Assembly: GCA_051294375.1 (NCBI GenBank)
Contig: CM119271.1
Location: 6,759,632-6,823,631, forward strand
Length of the DNA: 64,000 nucleotides
DNA from: Paraspadella gotoi
Taxonomy: Eukaryota; Animalia; Chaetognatha
Reading direction: 5' to 3'
Shown: positions 37,601 through 48,812 of the stretch, in pieces
Layout: every line of letters begins with the position of its first letter
Position numbering within the stretch: position 1 is the first letter of the stretch
The notes under the pieces: generated by a model
Databases searched by the model: none
The model's input: only the letters and a program-made list of their open reading frames with translations
What the model was told of the DNA's origin: nothing
Translations under genes and position numbers: made by a program

Positions 37601-40600
37601 GCCCAGAACGCTTTTTAATTAATGTAAAACACATAACATACCATTCTTAAATTGATCGATGATAAACAAACAGCCTTGTAATGCTTGTAATTATTAGCTT
37701 GCGCGTCAGAATCCGTCAAAAGGAGATTTGTGATTCTAGATTCAAAATATTGAAGGTTAGGACTTGGGTATTCAAATCTTACCGAATAATAATAATAAAA
37801 TCTTAAAAATTTTGTACAATTTTTATCTTAGCTGCAAAGTTGTCAAAAACCCGGGGTTTTAAAATCAGACTACAAACGTTAATTAGACGAATTTACAATC
37901 CACAATGTTTTTCTAAAATTTAAAGCTTAATTTATTCATTATTATTATATTATACTTTATGTATTATGATTGAAAAAATAAAAGCAAGTGTGAGAAATTT
38001 AATAAGAATTTCAGAGAGAAAACAAAATTTATTTTTTTACAAACAAGAAAAAGAGTCGAAACATGTGTTTCAAAAATAAAACTCGTTTGTAAAAAAAAAA
38101 CAACTTTCTCTTAATTTTAAAACGCAACGAAACGAAAGTCTTAACTATAAAATTCTATTTCATTTATGCATTTTTAAATAGAAGATGTTACCTCTCTTGT
38201 CGGACAATCTTAAAGTAATCACATTTGTTTAATTTTAAAGAGAAGCTGCGCCATATGCCATTTTTGCATTCCATCTCTTCATTCTGAAATCCTTTTGGAA
38301 AATAACCCGGCATTGCAACTAATGGGCCAATCATAAGGTTGCACTTGATACCAAATTCCGTTTCCTAATAAAAAAAAAAAAAATTAAATCTTTTTCGACA
38401 TTAGAAATCTGTTTTTTTCTTACCGCATCCTTTTCAACGTGGAATACAAATTGCCACAAATTTTCGTTCAAGTGGGATTTCGCAAGAAGACCTGAAAAAA
38501 CTAATTATTTTAAAGAGATTGAAACACTTTTAACACAAGTCAAATATTTACTCACCGTTAAATGTAGCCAATGATATAACCTAGTTTAAAACAAACTATT
38601 AAATTAACAATTCAATGTGGAAAAAGCAAGAACCCAATATTTACCTTCATTTTCTTTTTATGAAATTTGTATAAAAACATGATGAAAGCAACCATTCTTT
38701 CAACTGTTAGCTGTAGCATGCCACATGGTAGATCATCTTCTTGGGTTAGTTTTTCTGTATTTTTTTGGAGATTAGACTCTTTAACAATGTAAGCTGGTTG
38801 TTGAACATCTTCACGCCTTTGAAGATGACTAAAAGGTACAATTTGTTCACCCATTAAAGATTTGATAGGGCGTTGTAACTTAGAGTCCAAACTTTTATTA
38901 TGCTTGAAAAATTTTTTTTTAGGATTTGTATAAATATCTCGAGAAGCAAACTGATTTGGTTGTAAAGTATGTACATTTTTGTTGGAAAAACTGGAATTAA
39001 AACCGTATGTAAATTCCACTGGCTGAGTTTGATGAGTAGCATGACTTTGTTGGAAAGATGAAGTAACACCTTGGTTGTCAAAACCAAAACCAACTGATGG
39101 TGGTTGAAACTGATTTTGAGTAGTATAACTGTAGCTACCTTGATAACTTGGATCATTTGAGGGAATGACTGAAGAGGGGGAAAAATAATTTGGATGACAC
39201 ACTTTAGCAACTTCTTGGACATCAAAACTGGTAGCAGGACCTTCTAATGTATGGCTAAACTGAGTAAACAGCGATGGATTAGTTTCTTGTTCATTGCTAT
39301 TATTATTCACTGAAAGGGTGCCTAGTAGATTAGTTTCACGATGACTAATTTCTTTTAGGTGAAACTTAAGTTGCACCAAGAATATCTTTTCTGCTTCAAT
39401 TTTTTTATTTTCGCCATTCTCCAGATTGATCGTTAATAAATTTGAATAAATAACTTTTCCATTTAGTTTAAATTGTGCTTCAATGAAATCATCATTAACA
39501 TCGCGATAGCTGAAGTCTATAGAAACTTTTAATTTTTTAGAGGCCTCTCTAAGAATTGAAAGAATGGCATTAGAATCTGTAACTTTAAACAAATCTGGAA
39601 CAACAAGATTAAAAAAACTATTTTGTTTTCTTTCGGAATTATTTGTTGTATTTTTTTTTTGTTCAATTTTTCCCTTAGCCTTTGCTATATGAAAATATGT
39701 AAAAGCGGGCAAATCTTTTCTCTCTTCATCGCAGAAAAACTGTAGATGACCACGCTTCCAGCAGCTTCGACATAAAGGCAAAATATCATGATAAATTTCC
39801 TTCGGAAAAATAATAGAATCATAACGGATAAATCCATCTTTAAGCTTATTAGATAATTCCAGGCGCATATAATTCTTCCCTTGCAGCAAGAGTTGACATT
39901 TCTCGGGATAGCAATTAACTAGTATCAAATTGAAATAATTAAACAATGGTGTAGTTTAATATTTCAAATTTTTATCGATAAACAAGTTTGAGAAAACAAT
40001 ACTGCAACCAACATCTGTAATTTGAATAATAAACAAATAAGGGTATCGGTTGAATAGTAATCTTTTATTTCTTTTATCTTTTTGATTAGTGGCATGATTA
40101 AATACTATCTTGGAAAATGAATAAGTCTACAAAATCTTTTATAGTTTCAATAACTTTTACAGCTTTACATTTAAAAAACAAAAAAATAATATACCTATAT
40201 GAAGCTTTTTCTGGCAATAATATGATTAAAAATACAAGATTGAGGAATAAAAAATGTTAAGATTGATTTTCTCTGTAAATAAATATTCAATTATTCATTG
40301 ATATTATAACCTTAATATTAAAATAAAATGATGCATTGACTGAAACTCCAGAGGTTATATTAAGTATAAGTATAATAATATATTAAAAAATATATTATTA
40401 TAATGTGTAAATGATTATTTTTAAAATATTATTATAAAAATTGAAAAGGCCATATTTTTCGTTACTTCCTTCCTTTAATTAAAACCTTAGACCTCTGTTT
40501 TATATGGAATTTTACCGAGCAATAGCTCATTCAAATCGCAAAAAGCCAAATATTTTAAATAATCATTTTCCCCCGCGATTTTGATATTAAAGTTAGTCCA

Positions 40601-43600
40601 AAGTTTTAACGACTTATTCGTTTTCCAAGATAGTAAATTCTAAAACAATATGATTAATTTATTTAGACTTACAATGAGATTAATTTGATTGGTTTATTAC
40701 GACTAACATAGTCGAATTTATTAATTATAATTTAAAATTACTGTTGATTCAAATGCTTGACTCTTATTCAATTTTTTGTTGTTTTGATTTCAAATCTGAT
40801 GTTTTTAATTATAATGACAAACATTTTTTAAAACTGGCATAATTTTTTACTACTATTTAACAAACAACTTTTATTTAAAAAAAGAAAAAAACCAGACAAA
40901 GTCTAAGCTTAATTGTTTTCAAAAAGAAAGCAGCAATAAGCAAGAGGAAGCAACATTAAATATAAAACAAATCAAAATTCAAAGCATTTCAAATAAAAAA
41001 CTTGTTCGGATAAACTATTTTAAATAATTTTAATTTCAAATAATGGAAGCCATACAAAAAGTTTGAATTATTTAAAAAAATTAATTTAAATTTTAAATTT
41101 AATAAAACTGATAAAATTTAATAAAATGTAAATTTAAAATAAAACGCAAAAATATAACTTAGTTATTAGTTAATAGGGAAAAGGATGAGGAAGAGAATAC
41201 ATGGCTTAACTAAAATCGGTGATGAAGACCATAAAACCCCTAGGCTGAGCATAAGAGTGAAGCTCTTGGAAACAAAAATTTGATTTGAGTCAATTAACAA
41301 TAATAATATTATGTGAAATAGTATAATTATTGAATAAAAAATGTATTTTGTTAATATTTTTCGGGAATAAAAAAGAAAAATATAATATATTTATAGTATT
41401 ATCCTTATAAAATAAAAAAATTCAAAATAATTTTTTAGAAATTTTTATTAAAAATTCAGATTTCTTAAAAAAAGTTAAACCAAAAATATAAAACATGTTA
41501 TCACAAATTTCTTTGACTTCAATATTGGAAAAAAAGTCAAAATATACTTTTTAACTAGCTGTAGTAAANNNNNNNNNNNNNAAAAAATTTTAAAAAGCAT
41601 GATTTTCTTTAATTACATATACAGAGGCAACAAAAAGATATTGTTAACGCGCTTAATCTTTTCATCACTCCACCCTACTGAGCATAACTTGTCAAAATCT
41701 TTGATATTTCTCGGAAAAAAACACCATTGTTTAAAATTTCAATCTACCGTATGAGTCTTCAACTTCTTTGATGGATAAGTAATCTTTTCCAAGGCTGCTG
41801 ACGATAAAGTTATGCCATGCTTCGTTTTCGGTGAACCGCAATGAATGAGAGCGTGAAATTCCGTCCAAAACAATAACATTTTCAATTATTAGATAAAAGA
41901 AATAATATCCCGATTCCCACACGGTTAAAAATTCTGTTTTTATTTTTAACTCCTCTCCAAGACACTCAACTAATGACTTAAATTCTTTGGATTGCATCGC
42001 GATTGCCAATTGATACGTAGTTCTTAAAGAATATATTATTTCGGCAAATAATTTTTCAACATCAGACGACTTTTTTCTTCTTTCTAAAACCTCTTTGTAG
42101 CATAAAGCTACCGAATCAGAGACAACCAGAGGTGGCACAACATATGTTTTTGTTCCGGTGTTATTATCAGATCCAGCCAGAAATGCCTTACAACGCTGGT
42201 CCAAATCAGCAACCTTCAACCCAAGAGCTTTGAATATTTCCCAATGAACCTTTTTAACGTCTTCTAATCTCTCTAAATCTAATACGGTCGCCATTTCGTG
42301 CTTAACCGCCATCTCAAGCCTCTGCTTTTCTTCGACCACAAGGTTCGCAGCCGCCTCAAGAACTTTCACAGGCTTGGAAAACAAAAGCCCATCATAAGGT
42401 TCTATCTGACTCTTCAAGATGCTTTCAGCACCAACAATAAAATCCTTGACAGTAGTCATTATTGCTCTCTTAGATCGAGCGTTACTTTCAGTATCTCTTA
42501 TGGGGAATTTGCTCGTTTCTGTTACAGTTTCTCTATCATTTCGATTGCGGGGCTTGCTTTCAGGGCGTCTGTAATTGGGGGATGTGCTTCTTTTTCGTCT
42601 TTTCTCACTTGGTGGTTTGTACCTGAAATCATACGAATACCGACTCTCTCTGGGAAGATCGTACCTGGAATCACGATCGAATTCCGGCTCTTGTATTCGT
42701 CTTTTTCCTGAAGAAAAGGATTCATTCCTGATCTTGCTGGACCTAATCATGGTCTCCCTGCCTAATTTAGGAGAAAGCGGAAGTTCTTCCATAGAGGAAC
42801 TGGGAGAAATAGACATGGGTCGCTCGCCTCTCTCGTGTCCCTCATCAGAGGGGGCAGCGGGAAGGGGAGACGCCTTTCCATAAAATCGGTCGTCGGAAAA
42901 ACCGAGATCTCGTTTTTTCAACGAGTTCATCGATTCGCCGCCGCCGAGGATAGACAGAGAGGGTGTTAGGGTTGAATAATGAGAATCCATTTGATGGACC
43001 ATGGTATCGGACGGGGGGTCGCCAAACGCGCACTCCCGCCTTGGCGGCGATTGCGGCGCTGACTGAGAGGCAAAAGAGGGTAAAAGAGACATAGAATTCC
43101 CGATCCCCGCCGCCTGTTTCTGCAACTCCTCCAGTTTTTTGAGAATTTCTGCGTCGCTGATATCGTCATCGGCGTCTTCTAGAGTCAAGTTACCAGGCAC
43201 GCGGGAGCGAGATGGGGAACTCGTGGAATAACGTCCGTCACCTTTGGAATATCTTTCCAGGGACAATGGGAGAGCAATGGGAGAGCGTAAAGAGGAACTC
43301 GGTGAAAAACGTCCGCCATCTTTAGAATATCTTTCTGCGACAGGGGACTGAGAAGGGGAACTCGGGGAATAACGTCCGCCACCTTTGGAAGATTTTTCCA
43401 GCGGCGATGCGGAAGAGTTTTGGGCGATGGAACTGAAAAAGGCCGTCACCTTGTCATCGGCGGAGGTAGAGTCAGTGTGGGGAAGAGCCGATTCTTCATG
43501 TGTGGACGAGAAAACGTTGAAGGTGGGCGTCGGACGGTCTCGATACGGTGAGAAGTGTTGGCGGTACGGCGGACGAAATCTTGGGTCATCTTCCTTATTC

Positions 43601-43680
43601 GCTTCATGAGGAAAGAGACGAGGGGGATCGCGCGAACGCGAGCGTGAGCGGCGGAAAAGTTCCCGAGGGGAGAAGGACAT
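17734..43680 (-). CDS. Large multi-exon gene of about 3,300 aa: RS/SP-rich N-terminus, CCHC zinc knuckle, many divergent dsRBD-like repeats; function unknown
   Basis: Proposed exons: 43680-~41617, 39918-38645, 38580-38556, 38491-38424, 38364-38192, ~37910-37642 (noisy), 35192-35118, ~32193-32131 (noisy), 27255-27079, 26226-25353, 22625-17734. Phase-consistent GT-AG junctions checked across 38645-38192 and across 27255-26226-22625. The same repeat architecture occurs in all large exons. Joins at 41617/39918 and around the noisy exons are inferred. Confidence 0.65.
22941..23877. mobile_element. Short TIR element hosting the HINE-B copy
   Basis: tttttaatcaggtcataatgcttaaacggaaaaaaggc (22941-22978) is the inverse of gccctttttctgttcaagcattatgacctgattaaaaa (23840-23877). 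Confidence 0.7.
23010..23795 (+). mobile_element. DINE-1-like HINE family B
   Basis: Starts AACAAGTTTGAGCAAACAATGTCGGATCTGC and ends with hairpin GTCGGGATCTGCTGATAAGAGATCCGAC-TAAAA; internal GGAC/AGAC microsatellite; other copies or fragments at 26662-26985, 28137-31180 and 32619-32885, and inverted fragments at ~2085-2330, 15070-15290 and 17020-17250. Confidence 0.78.
24018..24740. mobile_element. Tc1/mariner-type MITE
   Basis: TIR CAGA(A/C)GGCTTCATATTATAAAATGTGGTAC...TTTTTGTGACCAGAA at both ends, flanked by TA. Confidence 0.88.
25353..26226 (-). CDS. Internal exon of the repeat protein (acidic linker with IKxE motifs)
   Basis: Acceptor atgtag|GTT; open frame VGTSIPLKIF...ELLNE; donor a|gtaagt. 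Confidence 0.85.
26345..26560 (-). repeat. Degenerate interstitial (TTAGGG)-like tract; similar tract at 51125-51210
   Basis: Repeated taaccc/cctaac/ccttaacc units. Confidence 0.6.
27079..27255 (-). CDS. Internal exon of the repeat protein
   Basis: ttttttag|ATT...AAG|gtaaaa, 177 nt, IGLKFSHFLLY...YTVTLASK; continues in phase into 26226. Confidence 0.8.
28491..28530 (-). ncRNA. Minimal hammerhead ribozyme in a PLE pLTR
   Basis: Minus strand TATG CTGATGA GGCTTAAAATAGCAAGC GAAA CATGTC CA; core intact, GUC cleavage triplet. Confidence 0.8.
30157..30198 (+). ncRNA. Hammerhead in the inverted pLTR, core G12-to-A mutant
   Basis: CTGATGA AGGTTGAAATAAGCAAGCC AAAA CATGTC. Confidence 0.65.
31570..31875 (+). 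mobile_element. Decayed Penelope-type 3' end with a deleted hammerhead
   Basis: (CT)n followed by gcgctgataaag and aataaaaatcgttgt, the layout seen in the other pLTRs. Confidence 0.5.
33501..34107 (+). mobile_element. Non-autonomous hAT-type MITE, copy 1
   Basis: TIR TAAGGCGTAGT/ACTACGCCTTA; 8-bp TSD CTCCTCAA (33493-33500 and 34108-34115). Confidence 0.92.
35860..36745 (+). mobile_element. DINE-1-like Helentron non-autonomous element (HINE family A), full length
   Basis: Subterminal ATCGTCGCAATCGC at one end, hairpin ATCGTCGCAAACGCTAAGCGATTGCGACGAT plus A-run at the other; other copies at ~370-980, 13571-13860, 15795-16385 and 27270-31260 (interrupted). Confidence 0.78.
36742..37304. mobile_element. 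Foldback/MITE-like element of about 560 bp with TTAGGG motifs
   Basis: Left arm aaatgaagtagccaattagacggaagg...gggttagggttgaggctcggcagtgaa is the inverse of right arm ttcattgccgagcctcaaccctaaccc...tctaattttctactttcattt; symmetry continues inward. Confidence 0.82.
38192..39918 (-). CDS. Exon cluster of the repeat protein (39918-38645 plus three short exons) with a CCHC zinc knuckle
   Basis: CRSCWKRGHLQFFC = CX2CX4HX4C; short exons 38580-38556, 38491-38424 and 38364-38192 splice in frame. Confidence 0.82.
41617..43680 (-). CDS. First coding exon of the repeat protein: RS/SP-rich disordered region, then two repeat units
   Basis: 649-aa ORF starting RRSRSRSR. After a 1-nt shift at ~41735 the frame continues as KQWCFFPRNIKDFDKLC...; upstream 5'UTR acceptor ccctcag at ~43724. 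Confidence 0.8.
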
Positions 43681-44429
43681 TCGTAACCGCTCATAATAGC
43701 AACTTATGTTTATTTATGAAGACCTGAGGGAAAAGTAAACATCGGTTTAAAAGTAAATCAAGCATATCTTCAAATCGACAGCGGTACAACATACTAATTG
43801 AATTGTATAACGGGCTTAACGAGCACCTTTAAATTAATACAAGATTGAGAAAACAATATCGCGCCATCGACTAAATATTATAAATAATAACTTACTTAAA
43901 ATAATATCTTAAATTTTTTTTTACAGAAGGTATATGAGAACATTCTATCCGAATCCAGTTTTTTCTTAACGAGAACCAGACTAAACCACTGAACTCAATG
44001 CGATATAGTTCCTTGTGGCCATACATACAAATGGAAATATCGATAGAGAGTTAGAGACCTGAAGGGTTTATCGAAATTTTTATTACTAGATCTATCTCCC
44101 GAAAAACGGAATTTGAAATAAAAATGTACAAACATAATTCTAACTTGTGCAAAAAATAATATTTTAATTACATTAATTAATCTAGTTGTATTGTTAAAAG
44201 CCCATATTTGTTTGTATCACAGAGTCAAATTGACGGATTTGAATACGCTCGAGAGGCTTATGGGAAAATGAAGAGAAAGAGGATAAAAAACGAAAATCTA
44301 TATATATAAGAAAAATTAGGACCGTGAGGTCCGTGACAACAATGATCTTAAAAACGCTGAATCTATTAGATAACCTACAGGGGGGCGAACGATTTCTTGT
44401 CGATTCATTTTTATTTTTTAAATTGAAGT

Positions 44430-45068
44430 GACAGTAATTGTTGTTGTGTTAGTGACAGAACCATTCAATATAAGCAGTCCCTGAGCTTCGGATCAGACTG
44501 CAACACCGTGTTAGAGGCGGGTTAAGCACCCCATCCCTTTTAACTGCTAGGCGGCCACTGGGCTAGAACCCCGGACCTTTGGGTTGGGAGGCGAATGACT
44601 TGCCTCCGGCACCAATGGCCACTGATGAACGGTTGGTAGATTTTAGTCCACCATACACCCCCCCCTCCTGTAGGGAGAAGTCTGTTGCATCTCTTCAGTG
44701 AATTATTGGTAGAAAGTTCGTCACCAAGTTGAGGCATGTCGCCTGATGTGTTGTTGGCGGACAGTGCATCGCCATGTTGAGGCATGTCGCCTTAAAGTGT
44801 TGTTGTTGCTGTTGTGTTCGGAAGTCGGGCTCACCAATGAAGAGACAGTAATTATTGTTGTGTTAGTGACAGAACCGTTCAATATAAGCAGTCCCTGAGC
44901 TCCGGATAAGGCTATAACCCCGGATTACCGGCAGGTTAAGCGTCCGTCCCTCTTAACTGCTAGGCGGCCACCGGGCTAGAACCCCGGACCTTTGGGTTGG
45001 GAGGCGAATGACTTGCCTCCGGCACCAATGGCCACTGATGAACGGTTGGTAGATTTTAGTCCACCATA
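44430..45068 (-). mobile_element. Two tandem tRNA-derived SINE-like units (44430-44655 and 44845-45068)
   Basis: Minus strand GGCCATT-ggtgccggaggcaag...ctcccaa...GGTTCTAGCCC-AGTGGCC: acceptor-like stem, A/B boxes, ACA-rich tail. Confidence 0.7.
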
Positions 45069-45089
45069 AAATTATATTTTATTATAAAT

Positions 45090-45135
45090 TTTTGGACATG
45101 TTTCGGCTTCAATGTAAACCTTCATCAGCGCAAAA
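45090..45135 (-). ncRNA. Minimal hammerhead ribozyme, intact core
   Basis: Minus strand TTTTGCG CTGATGA AGGTTTACATTGAAGCC GAAA CATGTC CAAAA. Confidence 0.82.
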
Positions 45136-45223
45136 CGAATTGATTTGTGAAACAAATATTTTCACAGACTTTGAAGCTAGAGAGAGAGAGAGAATGTAAA
45201 AATATGTTTCACAAATCAATTGT

Positions 45224-45270
45224 TTTTGCGCTGATGAAGGCTTACATTAAAGCTGAAACATTTCCGAAAT
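45224..45270 (+). ncRNA. Hammerhead, inverted partner copy, partly decayed
   Basis: CTGATGA AGGCTTACATTAAAGCT GAAA CATTTC. Confidence 0.65.
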
Positions 45271-48200
45271 TTGTTTCTTTATAAAACTCGTACGTAAACA
45301 AACAATTCATTTTCTACCTTAAACATAAAAATTTAAATTCATTATAAAATTTTAAAATTTGTATTACTGGACAAAAAAAATTTATATTATTGCACAAACT
45401 GATACTCGACGCTAAAAGGAAAACAAAATTAAATGGATTAACAAAGCACCGACTGGTGGTACCTAAGGTTGGTTGCGGACATCGAATAGTAAAATCACCC
45501 GCTTTTATTTTCCCATAGATCTCTGGAGCGTATTGATCTCCAGGAATTCTCAAAAGACAAATTTTCGAGTAAAACCCTGTGCTAACATATGATGCTGAAG
45601 CCTTTGCTTGGCCTTTATCACCATCCTTTACAGACTTTAAAATAAGTCCCCTAAGGTCCCCGCCAAGGAAATGTCGAAAATATTTTTACCAAATATCCTT
45701 TGATGTGCATCATCAAATAAAATTGATGTATAAAATGTGGCTAGAAAAAGAAGAGCAGAAACTTAAGTATAGTCAGCATTCATTGCTTGTCTCCTACACT
45801 TTAAATTACCAATCAAAATGGCAATCAATGACCAATTGACGTTTGTAGGGGTCTGCTTAAAAGTTTAAAGCTATTCGTGGACTATGTTCCAGTCGAGGGA
45901 GATCTAAAAGAGTTTTTTTGGAATTAATCGATGTACTTTTGCGAATAAGTAATAATCATACATGCAAATGTTTACAAGTTAAAAAATGGAAGGTCATTTT
46001 CTAATATTCTGTGCCCTCCCCCAACTGATTTTTTTATAAATTCAGACTCATGATTTGGATACGGCTCACTTATACTGATTTTAAAAAAATATAGGTAATT
46101 GCAATTTACGTAATGCACCCATACGTGTTCACGCATAAGCATACACGTTTGCCTATTACGCATATATACAAGATATCTGAATGAAATGACTTTTATTTAA
46201 CTCTTCTATTTTAATATATTCAATCAAGGATTATTAATAGTTTTCTCGTTAATGGTTGAACATTGGGATGAACATCGATTTCTTACATTCAATTTTAAAA
46301 ATTGAATATATAATGCTTCGAACGCTTGGCCGACAAGAATTCCATAAGTGACCGACAAACCGAAAGAGTAAATTGCAGTTTTGACTGCCGTAAGAAATCG
46401 TGATAAACGCACACCGACTTCTAAAACCTATGTTCCGTGCTAACTTATATAAGAAAACTTATATTCAATAAAAGTGGAACATAGCTTCTAACCATAAATC
46501 GCTATACAAATTAAATTACGCAGTGCAAATTTTGTTGTTGAGGACAGATCTAAGACTCATAATAATCATCGTAAAAAGAGTAATACTTAGATATCTAATT
46601 AAAAAATCATATTTAAGCTATATATATCCATTATTACTAGGCTATCTCTAGAGAAAACCTTCTAAAAGTAAATATATACGGATAACATAATAGAAAGGCG
46701 AATAATCGCAATACCTTTAAATCTTTGATTTTATGATGCGTGAACTTTTAGATTATAATTTTTTTATTTTTTATTGGTATCGAAATTGATTTCTTTTCTG
46801 GGAAGAGGACATTTTCTTCAAAAAGAGGCGTAAATTTGTGCTCCATCTACTAAAATCCACCGGTTAAAAGGTAAAAAAAAACAAAAACACAAGTTTCCTA
46901 AAATTCTTGAGCGTTCTTAAGCGTTCTCGATGTTAAATTATGATAAATTATTTTGCTCAATTCGTTTACGGAGAACTTGCTTTTATCATTTATATTAACT
47001 CACTTTTAAAAACTTTTAAACGGATCCTTTTACATTTATTAACGAATTACGTCTCTAATTAGAGTAAATAAAATCGCGTCTCGCCTGCCCGCTTGTATTT
47101 GTTTCATTTTTTCTTTGTATTATGTTATTTTATTAATTGTGATTGAATAGGTAAAACAATTACAATATGTTCATAAATATTGTAAGTGAATCGATAATCA
47201 GTAACACAAGTAATCAGCCGCTTCACTTCACGACATACAATACATTAAACCTTTTTTATAATTTTTTACCCACAATAAAATAACTAGTACTAATCAAAGT
47301 TAACATGTCGCCGCTCTCGTTTAGTGAATATCAATATGTTATCTATCAATTGTGTAAAAATAAGGAAGCGATAACTTTCAATTTTAGAAATTAAGTCTTG
47401 AAGTCCTAGTCTTTTTAGTACCTAATTATCATATTTTTTATCTCCCTAATTTTCAGGAATCAACAAAATTAAGAGGCGAAAAGTGTTAATCTATTGTAAT
47501 TCTTCATTCTTTGTATTTTTCTAAAGGATCAATGATTCAATCGTCTCAGAATCAAATATCAAACGAGGTGACTTCAAAGCTGAACATATTTTGTGAAGGA
47601 TATTACCGGGAGATTATATAAAAACCTAGCCTTTTTATACTAAACTTATATTTTTTAAAATTAAAGACGTAAGGAGGCAACAAAACAAGGCTTAAAAATG
47701 GTAAATGTTCAGCTAAGAATTTTATAAAAAGTGCTCTTAAATTAAAATAACAGCAAACATTTTCTCTTGGGAACTAGAATCACTACGGACAAACAAAAAT
47801 AACTGGCAGGAATAGCATAACTTCAACTGAAAATCTTTCAGTTGGTAAGTTGCAGTATTGAAGGATTGTACTACATTTATAAATAATAGGTAAGGTTTAT
47901 GTAATTGATGGACAGTCAATCAGTAATTCATTATTAACACTTGAACCGCATGGAGATTTAAGTGTGGAAGACTTTCAAACTATGTATAGCTTTCGAATTT
48001 AATTTTAAAAAAATTAATAAATTACCAAATAAAAAAAAATTAATCCTACATCATATTGCTACTGTAAATGTAGCAGTAACATCCAGAGGAACCTACTAAA
48101 ATATTGTACGAGATTCAAAACTAAGCAAGGAAGAAGTTGTTGGAGCAACTTTATTCGGTAAAAATAAGTTCAGCCAGCATTTTAGCTAGCGACCGAGTTT

Positions 48201-48650
48201 TAAAATTTTTTTGTTGTACGCTTTTTTTGTAATTTTGGACAAAAGGAGTTGTAATATCAAACTCAGCTGTTCAAACACCAATTAAACATGTTACAATGAT
48301 AGTTTCTGTGGATGTAACTGTAAAAAATTATTTCAATTAGGCAAGAGTTATGAACTAGGATTAAGTTAACGATGCCCATTTATCGCAAAAGCGAGAATAT
48401 ATTATTTGTATGATCTAATGAAGTAGTTTTTTAATGATGAATATTCCAGTAATTTAGAATAAAATGTTAGGACAAACTCCTAAAAAAATTTCAAGGCAAT
48501 TCATCTTTAATTAATTAATTAGAAGATTAGTTATTTCTTACTTACGCTATTTTGATTTTTTTTCTTTAGTGGTAATTAACCTTTCTTTTTCGTTGTTATA
48601 TGTATTGAGGCAAAAGGTTTTAGTTCACAACGAATTTTTATTTTTCATAG

Positions 48651-48697
48651 AAAACGTACATGTTTCGGCTTTGGATGCAAGCCTTCTTCAGTGTCAA
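48651..48697 (-). ncRNA. Minimal hammerhead ribozyme in a PLE pLTR
   Basis: Minus strand GACA CTGAAGA AGGCTTGCATCCAAAGCC GAAA CATGTA CGTT. Confidence 0.8.
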
Positions 48698-48739
48698 ATG
48701 ATTTGTGAAATATTGGACAGTTTTTTGTGTGAAAGAAAG

Positions 48740-48812
<73 letters not shown>

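Larger units (their letters stand above)
45085..45275. mobile_element. Pair of inverted Penelope-type pLTRs (hammerhead on each strand) around an (AG)n spacer
   Basis: 45085-45165 is the inverse of 45197-45272. Confidence 0.82.

Noticed and set aside
44615-44655. CTGATGA next to the SINE heads as a hammerhead (also tgatgaagacc at ~41220 and ~51750)
   Set aside because: No downstream stem II-GAAA-stem III arrangement.
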